Positions 13,409-26,960 of a stretch of DNA of 64,000 nucleotides are shown here, in pieces. The notes below the pieces were generated by a model, which worked only from the letters and a program-made list of their open reading frames with translations, made no database searches and had not been told where the DNA came from. The DNA is from Ylistrum balloti (Eukaryota). The stretch is taken from NCBI RefSeq assembly GCF_031769215.1, contig NW_026781939.1, forward strand, positions 806,001-870,000, read 5' to 3'. Made by a program: the position numbers and the translations under genes. Numbering within the stretch: the first letter of the stretch is position 1; each line of letters starts with the position of its first letter.

Positions 13409-16400
13409 GTAAGTTATCATGATCTTCCGTTTATAATGAGTTTATTACATAGATGCATGTTTAACTCATAAAAATATACGCATTTTATGCAAGTCTGATC
13501 ATTTCAATCTATTTGGTGAAAGTCATATAGTTTATATAAAACGGTTATTTCATTGCAATGCCGTATAAACATGTGCATTTGATGTCCAGTCACCTGACTT
13601 ATATTTTCATTCACTCTTCAATTCAATTTAATTGTCATTACATGATCGAAAGTTGGTATGGGTTTCTTACATTTCATTACCGAAATATACATCGGTTTAA
13701 ACTTTGAGATTTCCTTGACTCTTTCAGCTTTAGTGTAACTCTACTCTGGCTAACACATCTATTTTTTTTTCTATTATCTTTATGATTTGACGACAAACGT
13801 TAACTTTTGCAAACAGAGGATAAGAAATACACTGTCTATCGATTGAGTAGTACGAGTAATACTGATTCGTAACCATATCTCGGAATGTGTTATTAAAATA
13901 AATAAAGACGACCTTCCACGCAGTGTTATTCTGTGGATATAAGTTTTGTAATAAAATACCACTTCTGACAATCAGTATCGTGACAATCTTTTAAAAGTCA
14001 GTTTCCGTTACTAAACCATGGATAAACGATAAGGTCTTGATATCAATTATATCTACTGGAGACGACCATTACGTGCATACATATTAGAAGTAGGTCGGTG
14101 TATTCATACAGGGTGATGAGTTTGAAATTGAATATCTGTAAATAGTTTAAATACCCGTAATAATCAGTATTTAAAAAGTATCATTATGATCTGTCATTAT
14201 TGAAGGCAATTCAATTTCTTATAAAAAATGAAAATATCATGATATAGAATAGATCACAGCATTTCAATAGACAGTAATGCACAGTACTGTCGTATTGAAT
14301 TCAAGTATACTGAATACATATTCATTGTATTGCTATACGAAATGTGATTAATATTTCAACAATGAGAAAATCCGTGTTAAATGAAAATAAAAAGTGCCAA
14401 GGTTTTCTAAACGGAGGACAGGTATATGACCTGAAAACATGTGAGATCAAGTTTTGCATAATATTTGTTATCTTAATGAATTTGGATAGGAATTAGAATT
14501 GAATACTTTCTCAATTTCGGGTGATCATTTTTAAACAAATAACAAGCTTTAATTAGATTTGCCTTTGAATGCGAAAATTGCAAGATGATCGATACGAAAA
14601 TATCGTACTTAAATGATGACTTCATCATTTTGGCAGTAACTAATCGATGAACGATGTTTAGAAAATGAAATGACTTGGTCGAGATATTTTGAAAAGGATA
14701 AAAACGCTTATCTCATTTGTTTGATCATATTTAGGCTCGTCCTGAGTTGGTCCAGGGCGGAAATGAGTGGAGGATAATGTTTAAAAAACATGCCTGGTTA
14801 GACCCCATTGAAATATTTAGTATTGATTGCTGAGCTACGCCTATATACAGTCTGACATTTTTCAAACCAAGTTAATTTAAAATTTCATAATAAATAACCT
14901 TCAATTAATAACATGTCACTGTTAAAAAGGCAAACTGTCAACTTTACAAGAACACCTTACTTTTTATAAATTTTGTGTCGTATAGCACATTTTGTTTCTC
15001 TTTGGTATTTTGATGCGTATCTATTTCAAGTTAATCTTAGACATAAAGGAATACGCCACATGTGTTCTTAAATGACGCATGCTTTTAATTCTGAACCACG
15101 CGTGTTTCATTTTCGTCATTTGACCCAATGTTGAAGGTTTAGCCATGACTATAATGAATGTTTCAGTGTCAACCAGTGTGAAGGCTAGACATTAAAACTA
15201 ATCGGGGACAAGTAGGGATCAAATGTACTTCAAATTAAAACCAACATTCAATCACAGGGCGCGGTACATTGATAGTAAGATTGGTGACATTAACTCAATA
15301 TAGACCAAGTTTTAATTAATTATCTTGATTAAGATATATTACCTTAAATGGTGAAACAGGGGCTGGAATTTTCTAATGTGTGAACCTAAATTATGAGTTC
15401 AATCAATTCTGTTAGATGAAAACATGTAGACCATAGTTCCGATTGATAAGATGTGTCTCACACAGCATAGTCACATTACATGTGATAATTATTACATTAG
15501 TAGTTAAGCAGTTGAGTCATGATCCGTGGGAGCATTCAGTACCTATAACCGCGGTCAGTTCAGCCGAAGTACAACATGTCACGGGTATTTAATTTGTTCT
15601 CTCTGAAATACTGATAATAAATGCTAATTTTAAAACAAACAATAAAAACATTTTAAATTCTCGTTAAAATGAGGCTTTTAGAAATCTAATCCCGATCAAG
15701 TTAATTTAATCGAGAAAACTACAGTACTATTGGTTGGTGGTATTTAAATACCATTAAGCTAAATTATCGTCGTTATTTAACGACTACTGATACTAAACAA
15801 AACATATAATGAAACTTGATATCTGTTTCAAAATATCGATTAATGCAGGCCAATGTTGTTAACATTAGATTCTCACTGGCTGAAATATAAGATACAAGAG
15901 GTAAATCTCTTAACAGAGCGGCAATAGGTCTCCTTTCTATTGTTGATGGTATATGAAAAATATGGCGATTGAGAGGTGCAAGAATGGGGTGGTAACTGAT
16001 CACAAAAAGTTGTATGTTTTGCTAAATTAGAAATGTACCTCTGTCTATACTATAAATATATATACTGGATTAAATCCCCGCTTATCACGTTTACGGAGAT
16101 AAAACATATGTGAATATGTGGTCCTATTTCCATAGACACAGTCCGCGCATAACACTTACTTATAAGACGACAACAGCAGGCGGTTAGGTAATCATTTCAT
16201 AACTTCGGATTTAGTTTATTGATAACATTGTAAGGAAATATTAAACACGTGTAGTTGTAATCTGTCATTACATCAAAGGAAGAATAAGGCTGAACATTTA
16301 TATGCTATGTCATTTTAAAACAAGTATTGACATGCAAAATAAAGCTATCTGTATCATTTGTTTTTTCCATGCGCAAATATAAACAGTCTGAAATCGAGGC

Positions 16401-19400
16401 AAAACATTTTAAGAGTACATCTATTTAATTAAAATATTTCATTACCTTCACATAATAAATATGTGTATCAATACTATATGTATCGATACACAATTTCAAT
16501 TCATATTTTGTACATATATCTATATATATATAAATGTACAAAATATGAATGAAATATCTTTGCCCTTTTTATATCGAATGTTCATGCTTGTGATGAAATT
16601 TAATATTTCTATTAAAATCATAAATATAATTTTACGTTAGAACAACAAGGATTTGAAATGTATTGTACTTCACAATCAAAGAATGCGATCAAGAATGGCT
16701 CTATTGAATTGTCTAAATTTGGCATGTGTTAACGATTTGTCGTCCGAAATAGATTTTTTATCGGACTATTAGTACGTCTAAAGGACCTGTTTATGACTTA
16801 CAACAATGATATCGTATACGTGTATCTCCAGGTGTGGCCAGCTATAGACAGGTAAATTAGTAGGTATCCTTTGTTCAATACATGTTGGCAATAATAAATG
16901 CATGTTTATGCACATAACACCTTGTTTTTTATAACATGTTTTCCGACAAAACAATATAAATGATTGATTTGATATTATTTTTCAAGTAGTTTAAAGCTTG
17001 GAACAAAGACACAAATATATGTTACATTACAGTTGACAGTTGTAATGCTTAATGTTTTAGTGTTTTCTCAACGATAATAACATGGTCAAAAATATCAACA
17101 ACATACTATAATGTGTCGCTGTAATCAGTTGTCTATCTCAAATAATTATATTCACATTCCAATCGATCAATAACATAAAAACTTTATAACATAAAAACTT
17201 TATTGATGATGAAGTCCATGAAACGAAATCAGGACTGTATTGGAATTGATGCTTTATAAATACCAAGATAAGAAAATTAACACAGGAGCAAGTATTTATA
17301 GTATGTAACATATAACTAATGGAAAAATTATCATTTATCTTTAAATTTGATGGGAAGTATACACGTATGAAGGTTGCAGTTTTCATCAATATGCCTTTAT
17401 TCTTCGTGTTCATCGTAATTTGTTAAACAATTAACCTCGAAAATACCAGCTGACATTTTGAATCGATAGTTCTATAATCGCCATGGTTTGGCAGTGATTG
17501 TTTACCTCGATAGCCTGTCGAGGTCAGAATAATCAACAATGAATGCTCTGGTAATGCGTTAGCAGTCATATGCTAATAGCCGATTTTATCTCATAATATT
17601 AAAACATTAACCGAGGAATTTTTATATATCTATTTAAAATAATTAGGTCTTAATAACTAATTGGCAATGCGCGATTGATTACGTATAGGTGTCCTGCATA
17701 CTTATCTTTAATCAGTGACAGATTTTAATTGGTTCTACACAAACGATAATTAAATATTTGCCGAAGGTAAGAACTTACAGTGTTCATTATAACTCACTGC
17801 AGTCTGCAGTCACCTAGAATATACAAAATGTAGATTTGATATTGATACCAAATGGAAAACAAAATAAATTATCATTGCTTGCATTCTGACAAAATAGAAA
17901 TTCAAACTAGCCATAAACGTGAATCGGTATCTCAAAGATCAAAATAAGACATTTTTTTCACAACAACATGATAAGGCACTGACAGGAAAAACGCCACCTG
18001 TGGCAATACCTAAATAGAATTCTTTCAGGGTGGATATCGGGCCCAGCTATTGTGTTAGGTTAAATATTGGTTCTGTACATTGAAATTATATTCACCAGAT
18101 AATGAATTTACAATATTTAGCATGGGCTAATCTCCTCCAACACGAATGTAGAATAGGCTCCTGACAATTAATTTGTATAATTCCTTCATGTATGTATACA
18201 GGTTTTGTCATGGTGTTTCGTAGACTTTGGTATTGAACTCTCGTGTCACACACAGACAGGAACAGTAAATGGTTCAGTCACAAAACAGAAAAAAGCATCA
18301 AACAGCAAATGTATATAACATAAATACCATGTCATTAAGTAAATATAAGCTGTATAATGCATGTATATTTAAAGAGTACCGTATTAATATAGACATAACA
18401 CAATCAAACAAGAGTTGTACGTAGTTATATTTCAAATGTATTGAACGCTTACTTGAATGAAAATATCTCTGTAAAATCAGTGGTTGTTAAACCTACATTC
18501 ACAGACTAATGTCATATTTAACTAGACAGCCGTGGTTAAACCTACATCCATAGAATAACGCCATATTTAACTAGACAGTGGCAGTTAAACCTAAATTCAC
18601 ATAATAACGCCATATTTAACTAAACAGTCCTGGTTAAACCTACATTCACAGAATTACGCCATATTTAACTAAACAGCCGTGGTTAAACCTACATTCACAT
18701 AATTACGTCATATTTAACTAAACAGCCGTGTTTAAACCTACATCAACAGAATTACGTTATATCTAACTAGACAGACGTGGTTAACCGTGCAATCACAGAA
18801 TAATGCCATATTTAGCTAGACAGTCGTGGTTGAACCTTTGCTGTCGGTGGTTAGGTGCTAGAAAATAAATAAGCTATCGTTGGCTTATTAAAATCAACCG
18901 ACATAAACTTACATACATGTATACAGCTACAATCAGACGGATTTTCTCCTTCAGAAAATGTTTTATGAATTACATAACACACATTCGTCTTATCCTAAGT
19001 AAGAACATTGGTGGGGTGTTTTATAATATCATTATACGTTAATCTGCTCTTACAGTAACCTTTAACCAAATACAGTTTGGTATTTTGATAGATGTATATA
19101 CATATATACAAAAGAGTATCTTAATGTATCATTGCCTTTTAAGGGGACGATATAATCCGAATAAACGGACAGTGAAACATGTTAAATGAATCATGACATT
19201 GCTGAATATTTGTTTGTCATCAATGAAGTTGTACAAAAGGCATGCAGGTGAATAGGACCTTTTAATACTTATTTAGAATAAGATGCAACAGAACCGAATA
19301 ATGAAAGATAAAAGTCATGTATTATTCAATGTTGGATCAATATCTGTCTATGGCAAAGTTGCATTTTCTGTCTAAATCCATTGATTAACTCTTCTCAAGG

Positions 19401-22400
19401 GATTAAAGGAATCAAAGGTAACTATATAAAAAATCAGAGACTAGAACTACGGTACTTTAAAGGGAACATTATTTATTCACTGGTCTAAACCATGGTTCAT
19501 GACATAGCTGTATGGAAGGGTAGTTCAGACGTTATATATCATTAGGTGTATACAAGCTGGCATGTTTTCTTTTAAATAAACGAGATAATGTGGACGAGTG
19601 GCGCAGTGCTGTTTAACTTCGCCTTTCACTGAGGCGTCCGGGGTTCGATTACACGAACGGGCATAAAAACGGTAGAGGAGATAGCATCGGAAAATAAAAC
19701 TTCCGATCACACCTGTGGATTAATGCAATGTACACATGGTTAATACTAAGCTGTTGGCTTCTAGAATTAGTCAAAATGTGTTGTCATTTTGCTTCGATTG
19801 TTTTCGTTCCTGATGTATTACTGGTTAAGCGTTCGAGTTAAACACTTACAGGTAAATGTGTTCGGTTTCTTGTATGTATTACTCTTCCTCAGGTTAAAAT
19901 TCCTTGCTAAAGCCATGTAAGTATTGAGTTTATGTTGATTGAAAGCACTTTGTCAAATAAGAATTCCACAGGAACCTGAATTTCAGTCCTTGTTTTACAC
20001 GGCCGGACCAATGAATCCCTAGTTAAGCCTTTAGAACACATACGCGTTGTCCACACAAAGATTACCTCTGTTTTCATGATAACAAATATTTGTCAAGAAA
20101 AAGTGCTGTCACACAAATTACTTGTCGTACCGAACCTGTGTCGTACTATGCACCGTATTGCAGTGGTTTTAAACGTGCAAATTTAATCATGTCACCCTTA
20201 ATCATGTATTTAATGTCATGTGTGAACTGGATTTTATTCTTAGTGAACAAAAATCATTTTCTATGTGCAGAATATCTTTTTTTGAGAACATTAACAGGTA
20301 AGAATATAGACTTTAAAATTTGTTCTATCAAAAACATTTTCTGAAAAGGTAAAAAACTGTCGTTGTATTTTAAAATTGACTTTAAATATCATACAACGAT
20401 TTTATGATTAGTTGAGAAACGTAGCAAGACATGTTACATGTTTTTCAGTGAATGAATAATGTTAATTACTTTTTTTATTGCGAGTCTCGTATAACTGTTT
20501 GTTTAAGCGTTAAAACGTTTTTCCGGTAAAGTCATATCTCCTTTTATCTAATATCACATGAACATATCCACTTTGACAGTTAATGGTTTCAATACAATAA
20601 TTCAATCCACGTCGATTACAACAGTTCAGACGACGTAACCAGCAGATTGTATTGTACCTGCCATTGATATTGGCCTTCACACCTGTTTGTGAATGTTACA
20701 GATCAGAATGGTTCTCAACAACCATTATCCAGAACAAACATCAATATACAACGTACCTGTACATAGATCTCATCACTAAAGCGCCACTACACACAGGCAA
20801 TTATAAACCAGAAAATGATATTAAAATATACCGCAACATCCTACAGCTAGTAGAGTATACAAGAAAAAATATAAAATGTACGGCTATCATACATGGAGTA
20901 TAGTATACCAGAAAAAAATTACATTGTAATGTACAGCCATATCATAACAGTCCTTGTAGTATACCAGGGAAAATTATATTACGATGTACAGCCATATCCT
21001 AACAGTCCTTGTAGTATACCAGGATAAAATTATATTACAATGTACAGCCATATCTTAACAGTCCTTGTAGTATACCAGGGAAAATGATATTACAATGTAC
21101 AGCCAAATCATAACAGTCCTTGTAGTATACCAGGGAAAATGATATTACAATGTACAGCCAAATCATAACAGTCCTTGTAGTATACCAGGGAAAATGATAT
21201 TACAATGTACAGCCAAATCATAACAGTCCTTGTAGTATACCAGGGAAAATGATATTACAATGTACAGCCAAATCATAACAGTCCTTGTAGTATACCAGGG
21301 AAAATGGTATTACAATGTACAGCCATATCTTAACAGTCCTTGTAGCATACCAGGGAAAATGATATTACAATGTACAGCCAAATCATAACAGTCCTTGTAG
21401 TATACCAGGGAAAATGATATTACAATGTACAGCCAAATCATAACAGTCCTTGTAGTATACCAGGGAAAATGGTATTAAAATGCGCAACTATATCATACAG
21501 GCTGTAGGATATACCAGAAAAATGATATTATAATTTACAGCTATATCTTAACAGTCTGTATAGTATACCAGGAAACATGATATTACAACTATATCAGGCT
21601 GTAGGATATACCAGAAAAATATTTGACAGTGTACAGCCACAACAAAAAGGTTACAGGGAGCCAGAAAGGGCGAATAAATCTTCCCAACTTTTTATTGAAA
21701 TCTAAACATGTGTACACGCCTATCTAATCATATATCAACTGTCCATTAGTTAAGCCTAGTATCTATTTCCAGATACACATTTATACTGGGTAGGTCTCAT
21801 TCACTTTGAGCGTCAAGAAGCACAAACACCAGTTTGAATATATCCGAAATTTTAACGATAGTCCGACATTTACACAGTAACAAAAAAGATATAGGAAAAA
21901 ATACCGCTTTCTACGGAAGTAATTGCATCCGCATTTATTGATGTTCAAGGAAAATCTGGTTTCACAATAGCCATCTGGTTTCACAATAGCGTATGTTATC
22001 AGGAACTGTTTATAAGTTATCTGTGGACGGTTTCTGTCATCAATTTTTTTCTACACCAAAGCAGTTTATCAATGCCATCGATTTGTAGTTATGTTATTGT
22101 ATAGATACACCACTCTATAATGGAGGACATTGTTATGTCGTGGTACTTTACATAAAGGTCTACATAGATATTACAATCATAAATGTTTTACAAAACCCAA
22201 TATTGATATGAACCGGATGTTTACACGGGAACCATGGCACTAGTGAGTGTGGATAGACAATGATGGCAGTCCTCCGCTATCCTTTCGACATAATACAATG
22301 TGTTGACAATCCAATGCTTAACAGCTCAACTGCGTTGACCGGTTTAGTTGATAAACAATGTTTCATTGAAGCAAATAAACTTTTTCCATACCATTGCACA

Positions 22401-22986
22401 GGGCACTTTGATAGTGTCTTACTTAACACAAGCAACTGAAGATGAAGCAACCATATTCTGAAGGTAACACTAATTCATTTGCCAATATTTTTGACCGGTA
22501 TTTACATCCTTGAAATATTTATGTTTTGTTAGGTCAAGTGCCAAAAAGAAGAAGGAATCGGAACCGCCACCACCACCACCGCCAGAACCAGTAGTAGTCA
22601 AGGCACCAGAGGTCAAGAAACCATTGAGAGGACCAAAGTGTTGGGTGGATGACGCAACTGTTACTAGTGAGTGTGAGGATAAGGCCGAAAATGAGCAAAC
22701 AACATCGGAAGGAAACCGTCCAGTTTCTGCAGCTAAATCCCTCACAATCTCTGACAAGCGTACAACGGACATAATAGACCCGGCAAATAGTGCCGGACAG
22801 CAGCAAATACAGGGGGATACTGCCGCACCAGTGGACTCTGATGTAGAAGGTGCTGATGAAGGTCCCTCCTTCTTACCCAAATTTCTCTGTCCAAGTTCGG
22901 TTCGGAAATCAAAGTACGCTGCTGTCAAAGAATGGTTAACAACAACGAATTTTAACCATGCCGAGAAATCTGTACCATTATTATAA
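12372..22986 (+). CDS. Uncharacterised Ser/Pro/Lys-rich, largely disordered protein, about 496 aa, two coding exons (12372-13408, 22533-22986)
   Basis: 346-codon ORF with CAAAATG start ends at AG|GTAAGT in phase 2; joins TTAG|G TCA AGT at 22533 in frame to TAA 22986; no recognisable catalytic domain. Confidence 0.85.
18481..18838. repeat. Minisatellite, 49-bp unit, about 7 copies (intronic)
   Basis: GTTAAACC at 18486, 18535, 18584...; unit GGTTAAACCTACATTCACAGAATTACGCCATATTTAACTAAACAGCCGT. Confidence 0.95.
19590..19790 (+). mobile_element. tRNA-derived SINE remnant
   Basis: A-box TGGCGCAGTG (19599) and B-box GGTTCGATT (19642) at tRNA-like spacing, with no intact cloverleaf. Confidence 0.6.
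20850..21640. repeat. Minisatellite, 55-bp unit, about 14 copies with degenerate flanks (intronic)
   Basis: TGTAGTATAC at 21121, 21176, 21231; unit TGTAGTATACCAGGGAAAATGATATTACAATGTACAGCCAAATCATAACAGTCCT. Confidence 0.96.
22533..22986 (+). CDS. Uncharacterised protein, terminal coding exon
   Basis: Acceptor TTTTGTTAG; SSAKKKKESEPPPPPPP...FLCPSSVRKSKYAAVKEWLTTTNFNHAEKSVPLL*; AATAAA shortly downstream. Confidence 0.88.
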
Positions 22987-24949
22987 TGACGAATCGAGGT
23001 TATTCTCAGAAAATACTAAAATAAACATGTTCCGGTGTGATTCGTAACTATCATACTCATGACACGGTATCGAACATTAAACAAAAGTGGGTGGTGTACT
23101 CAAGGATAAATAAGGAGGCGAAGTTATGGAACGAGTTCATTGTATCCAATGTGTGATATATTTAGATATATGATAGAATCACAACTCCGTGTGTTCATTT
23201 ATCTTAATGGCAGCCATACTTTATCAATGGTCGTCATGAACAACATGATCGCTATAGCAAATATATATCATGAAACATATCTACAAGTGTATTTCGTACA
23301 CGCAATTTTGTTTCAGAATATTACTCGTACCACAAGGCCAGAGTGAAAAGTGAAAATAACACATACCTGTGCATTGCTGTTGGTTTGATGTATCATGACG
23401 TTATTTATAAATTGCAATTTTCTTATATAAAATTATAACTATACATATATTGACAAAAGCATACGGAATTTTTAAAATACTACATGCTTTGAAGCGATAC
23501 CAGTGGTTCCATGTTCGTTCGGAATCACTTATGAATACTCTATACACAGGGAGCCTCACTCGTGATCTAGCAATATCTCCTGTCAGTGTACAACGACAGT
23601 TGTGTGTATGAAATGATCTGCGTTGTAAACAATACATTTCTTTGTACAAAAATGAGTCGTTTGTTGTCAATGGCATAACTTTGGTACAAGGGAAATAACT
23701 CCTGTTTATACAGCATTCATGGTATTACTCAATGGTTACTTGGGTACATCTTTGTTACTGCTGTGGTTTCTAAATGATATAAAAAATTATAAGAACATGT
23801 GTAAATGATACTTATGAAGTTAGTCTTTATCGGCTCCGAACAGGGCACACTTACCTAACTCATTTATTTCTTAATTGATCTTTCTTTCATCATATAACTG
23901 ACTTGGTTTTATTTCCTTTCATATTGGTAAATCATAAAATAATCTTAAAGACACGTGTAATAACACTATTATGACGTCTAGGCATTGGAAAACACATCGT
24001 ACTCGTCGAAAGAAGACTGTTGCGGGGAAAATTTTATTTTTTTCCTCCCTTTTTTTCCAGAAATACTTAATGTAATGTGAAATTTAAACGCTTAAAAGCT
24101 CGTGATATATATGATTCTTGAATATCAGTAAAACCGACAGTAATGTACCTGTTTGGCCAGAGAGCAGTGCGGTTTAATGACATCCAGCGTGTGAATATTT
24201 TGACGGCACTATTGTTGGCATATACATGAAATGTGTGAAGAAATCCCGTCGGATTGCCGTCTATTCCACTCGACGAACTACATGGTTGATAATAAATATT
24301 TCATTTTATTTCAAATTAAACCGCGATCCACACGCGTCAGCAGCAAGCATTGGGAATATATGATTTCCATTCTTTTCCAGACGATATTAAGTATGTATGT
24401 GTAAACGCCTTTGAATGCCGCACGCCTTTGAATGCCGCAGCCTCGATAACTTGAACTGTATACGCTATATTCCAAACACAGCATGCTCAAATCCTGCAAT
24501 CTGTTGTCTGGGCTAGAAATAATATGCTAGCACTGGCTATGATAAACACCCCTCCAGACGGATGTCTAAACTTCCGTTAAGGAAAAGGTTCAAGTCACTT
24601 TTATCCCGACAGCTTAAAAACTCTGAGATGAACTTGTTATGTGCGCTACGTTCTTCTGTGATCGCTTTTTATCAATAACGTGCAAAACCCATCTTGTCTT
24701 GTCTGGTTGTCCAGATAGAATTTCTATGGTATCGTTGGGATTGGTCCTGTCCTCAATTGGTTCGCTTATATAGGAAATATAGCATTCTTTTAATATTAAG
24801 ACAGATTGTAGATATGTTTATAGTTCTTCCATATCCCCAAGTTCCATTATTATACCACGCATGTTGATGAATAGGACAATTCTCATTCATCAACGCGCAC
24901 CAGGCAATTAATATACACGGTGTTTCATTATCCGATCATACAGTACCAT

Positions 24950-25260
24950 TGTTATTGAGAGGTATGCGTGTTATTTGGGTGTCCGATTGAATACGTCAGT
25001 AGTTTCACTTTCAGTCATTACACCACTCGTAGTACAGTGGGAGCTGTCAAGTATGTTGATTTGATATCAAAGAGAGAATACGCCGAGGTGGTCCGGTAAA
25101 AATGGCATTCGTTTCAGCGACGACACCGTCATAGTATCAGTTCTTGTTAAATCCAAGTAAGAAATGCGGTCAATCCAACATTCCCAGATCCAATTTCATC
25201 AAAAAGGGATGTTAAGTTGTAAGTACAGTTGGAGATGGCTTAATATAAGTTTTATAATCT
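24950..25260 (-). mobile_element. Possible decayed Penelope-like reverse transcriptase fragment
   Basis: Minus-strand translation fragments WIDRISYLDL and GVFS resemble recalled bivalve PLE RT motifs (DRIYP..ASYLDL, YGVFISQL); interrupted by stops and frameshifts. Confidence 0.3.
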
Positions 25261-25479
25261 TGTTGCCAGATCCATTTTCAATTTTATAATTTGTGATTGT
25301 GTATGTTGTAAATGTAAATCTGAAAATAAAATATTATTTAAACCAAGTACAGTTGTATATGTCGTTAGCTTCTACATATGAAAATGCTAACAGGAAGAGA
25401 ACGCTTGTCGGTCTGACGGCTTCATTCTATCATCATATTTCTTGCTGTTTGTCTTGTGTGTGTCCTTTGTACAGTTATT

Positions 25480-25800
25480 GAGATTGCAGGTGGTAGACAC
25501 TGCTGGTGGACTTTCAGTCCTCGAGGTTTGTCGTAACCCGCATGTCACGCTTTAAATCATTACGGTAGTGCGTGCACGGTTCGGAATATACACAAGTACA
25601 GAACTTCACGTTCTTTTGATATTCTGCAATATTAATAAGATTGGGTTAATTGTGACACAATTGATTTTAGTTTAGAACAACTCCCCAAATAGTTCCTTAT
25701 AGTTTCTTTCGGCCAATTTTAATTTCCCTCTGTCTCCTCACAGGCAATTTAGGCCCGAAGCAGTCATAGAAGGACGCGCGTGTCTTTTGTGCAATCATCG
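25480..25800 (+). mobile_element. Penelope-like pLTR/retrozyme remnant ending in a degenerate hammerhead
   Basis: Matches the 9660-9790 copy; ends CCGAAGCAGTCATAGAAGGACGCGCGTGTC (25755-25784), a decayed CTGANGA-stemII-GAAA-stemIII core. Confidence 0.5.
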
Positions 25801-26149
25801 TCATTCTTTGGAACTATGCACTAATGAAATCTATGGAATCTATGAATTTCGGTGAAAACGCATCTTCTGGTTTTGACATTTCTTGCGACCAGTCTTTAAT
25901 TTTCCTCAATTTCTTTCTAGGTTTGATTACGGACTTATATACTTGTAACAAAGAATGCACCAGGATTACTAACGAGCATTGAACGTGTCCAGCTTCCTAC
26001 CGTGTACCTCACAACGAAGTAGATAACTTCCCAGTGTGATTATATGATGACAACCAAAAACCTTTATATCTTTTCAACATGTATCTCTAAAAACTGTATT
26101 GTATGTTCCTGTTCGGTGTTGACATCATTCATGGATATCGTGATAGTGA

Positions 26150-26700
26150 AATCAAGTCCTGGACTTGAATACCGAATAAACAGCAAAATAAAAACTCCGT
26201 TTGTTGGAAACACACGAATGTTACTTCATATCAATGGACAAGCATCCCCCGGACGGATCTTGGCGCTCGCCGTTATACGATCTTTATCGTAAGTTGAATA
26301 TTGTCAATTCTTGTCTCTCAATCATATGAAATTTGAGAAATGTTCAATTAGGACACGAAGGAAGCTGAAACTACCGCAATAAAACCAGAACCATCCATCC
26401 AGCGATTCCCAAGAAATTTTGATAACAAACTTAAACTTTTTTATCTGTCCCAAAACTGAAAATGCTATGGAAGATACCAAAACGATTTCAATGTAATTTG
26501 AGATTTTACTTCTCAAGAGATGGGAATGATTTAATGGCGGATCAAAGTCGAAAGGTGATTTGAACAACCCTCTATCTGATGACGGTGGGCTAAAAATAAC
26601 TGTACGGAAATCAAAATCATTAGGATTGCTCTTACTTCAGCTTCGTGGAAAACCCTGTTGGTCCGTGGTTAAGAGATATTATGGTTCAGTAACAGGAGTA
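26150..26700 (-). mobile_element. Decayed Penelope-like element, RT C-terminus/3' region
   Basis: Minus strand reads NDFDFRTVIF (cf. DDFDFPIVNF) and ACGGCG-N17/18-GGGGATGCTT, matching the spacing of a recalled bivalve PLE 3' end. Confidence 0.4.
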
Positions 26701-26889
26701 GTTTTAATGATTAGAACAAGCAAAACCTTAAATTTTGAAGAAAGAAAACAACAAAAAATTAACCAAGTTAGTTTCATATAGCAATTACAGAATCAAAACT
26801 GTACAAGGAGGAGTCTGTATGGCTTGTACATAGTGTTAAATACAGTCTCTGTCATTCAGCTGGTGGATTATACTTCTCTGATTCAGTTG

Positions 26890-26960
26890 ATACAGCCGTG
26901 GATTATCACGCCAGAGACTGGGGTTCGATTCCTGTAATTGCTTTCGGCAAGAATATGGTT
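26890..26960 (+). mobile_element. Truncated tRNA-derived SINE head
   Basis: Perfect B-box GGTTCGATTCC (26922-26932) without a full tRNA fold. Confidence 0.4.

Noticed and set aside
16832-16851. Possible micro-exon (CAG|20 nt|GTAAAT) and a similar candidate at 17716-17766 in the orphan gene intron
   Set aside because: Both introduce in-frame stops in the required phase
19590-19670. tRNA gene
   Set aside because: A and B boxes are present but no acceptor, anticodon or T stems can be formed; treated as a SINE head
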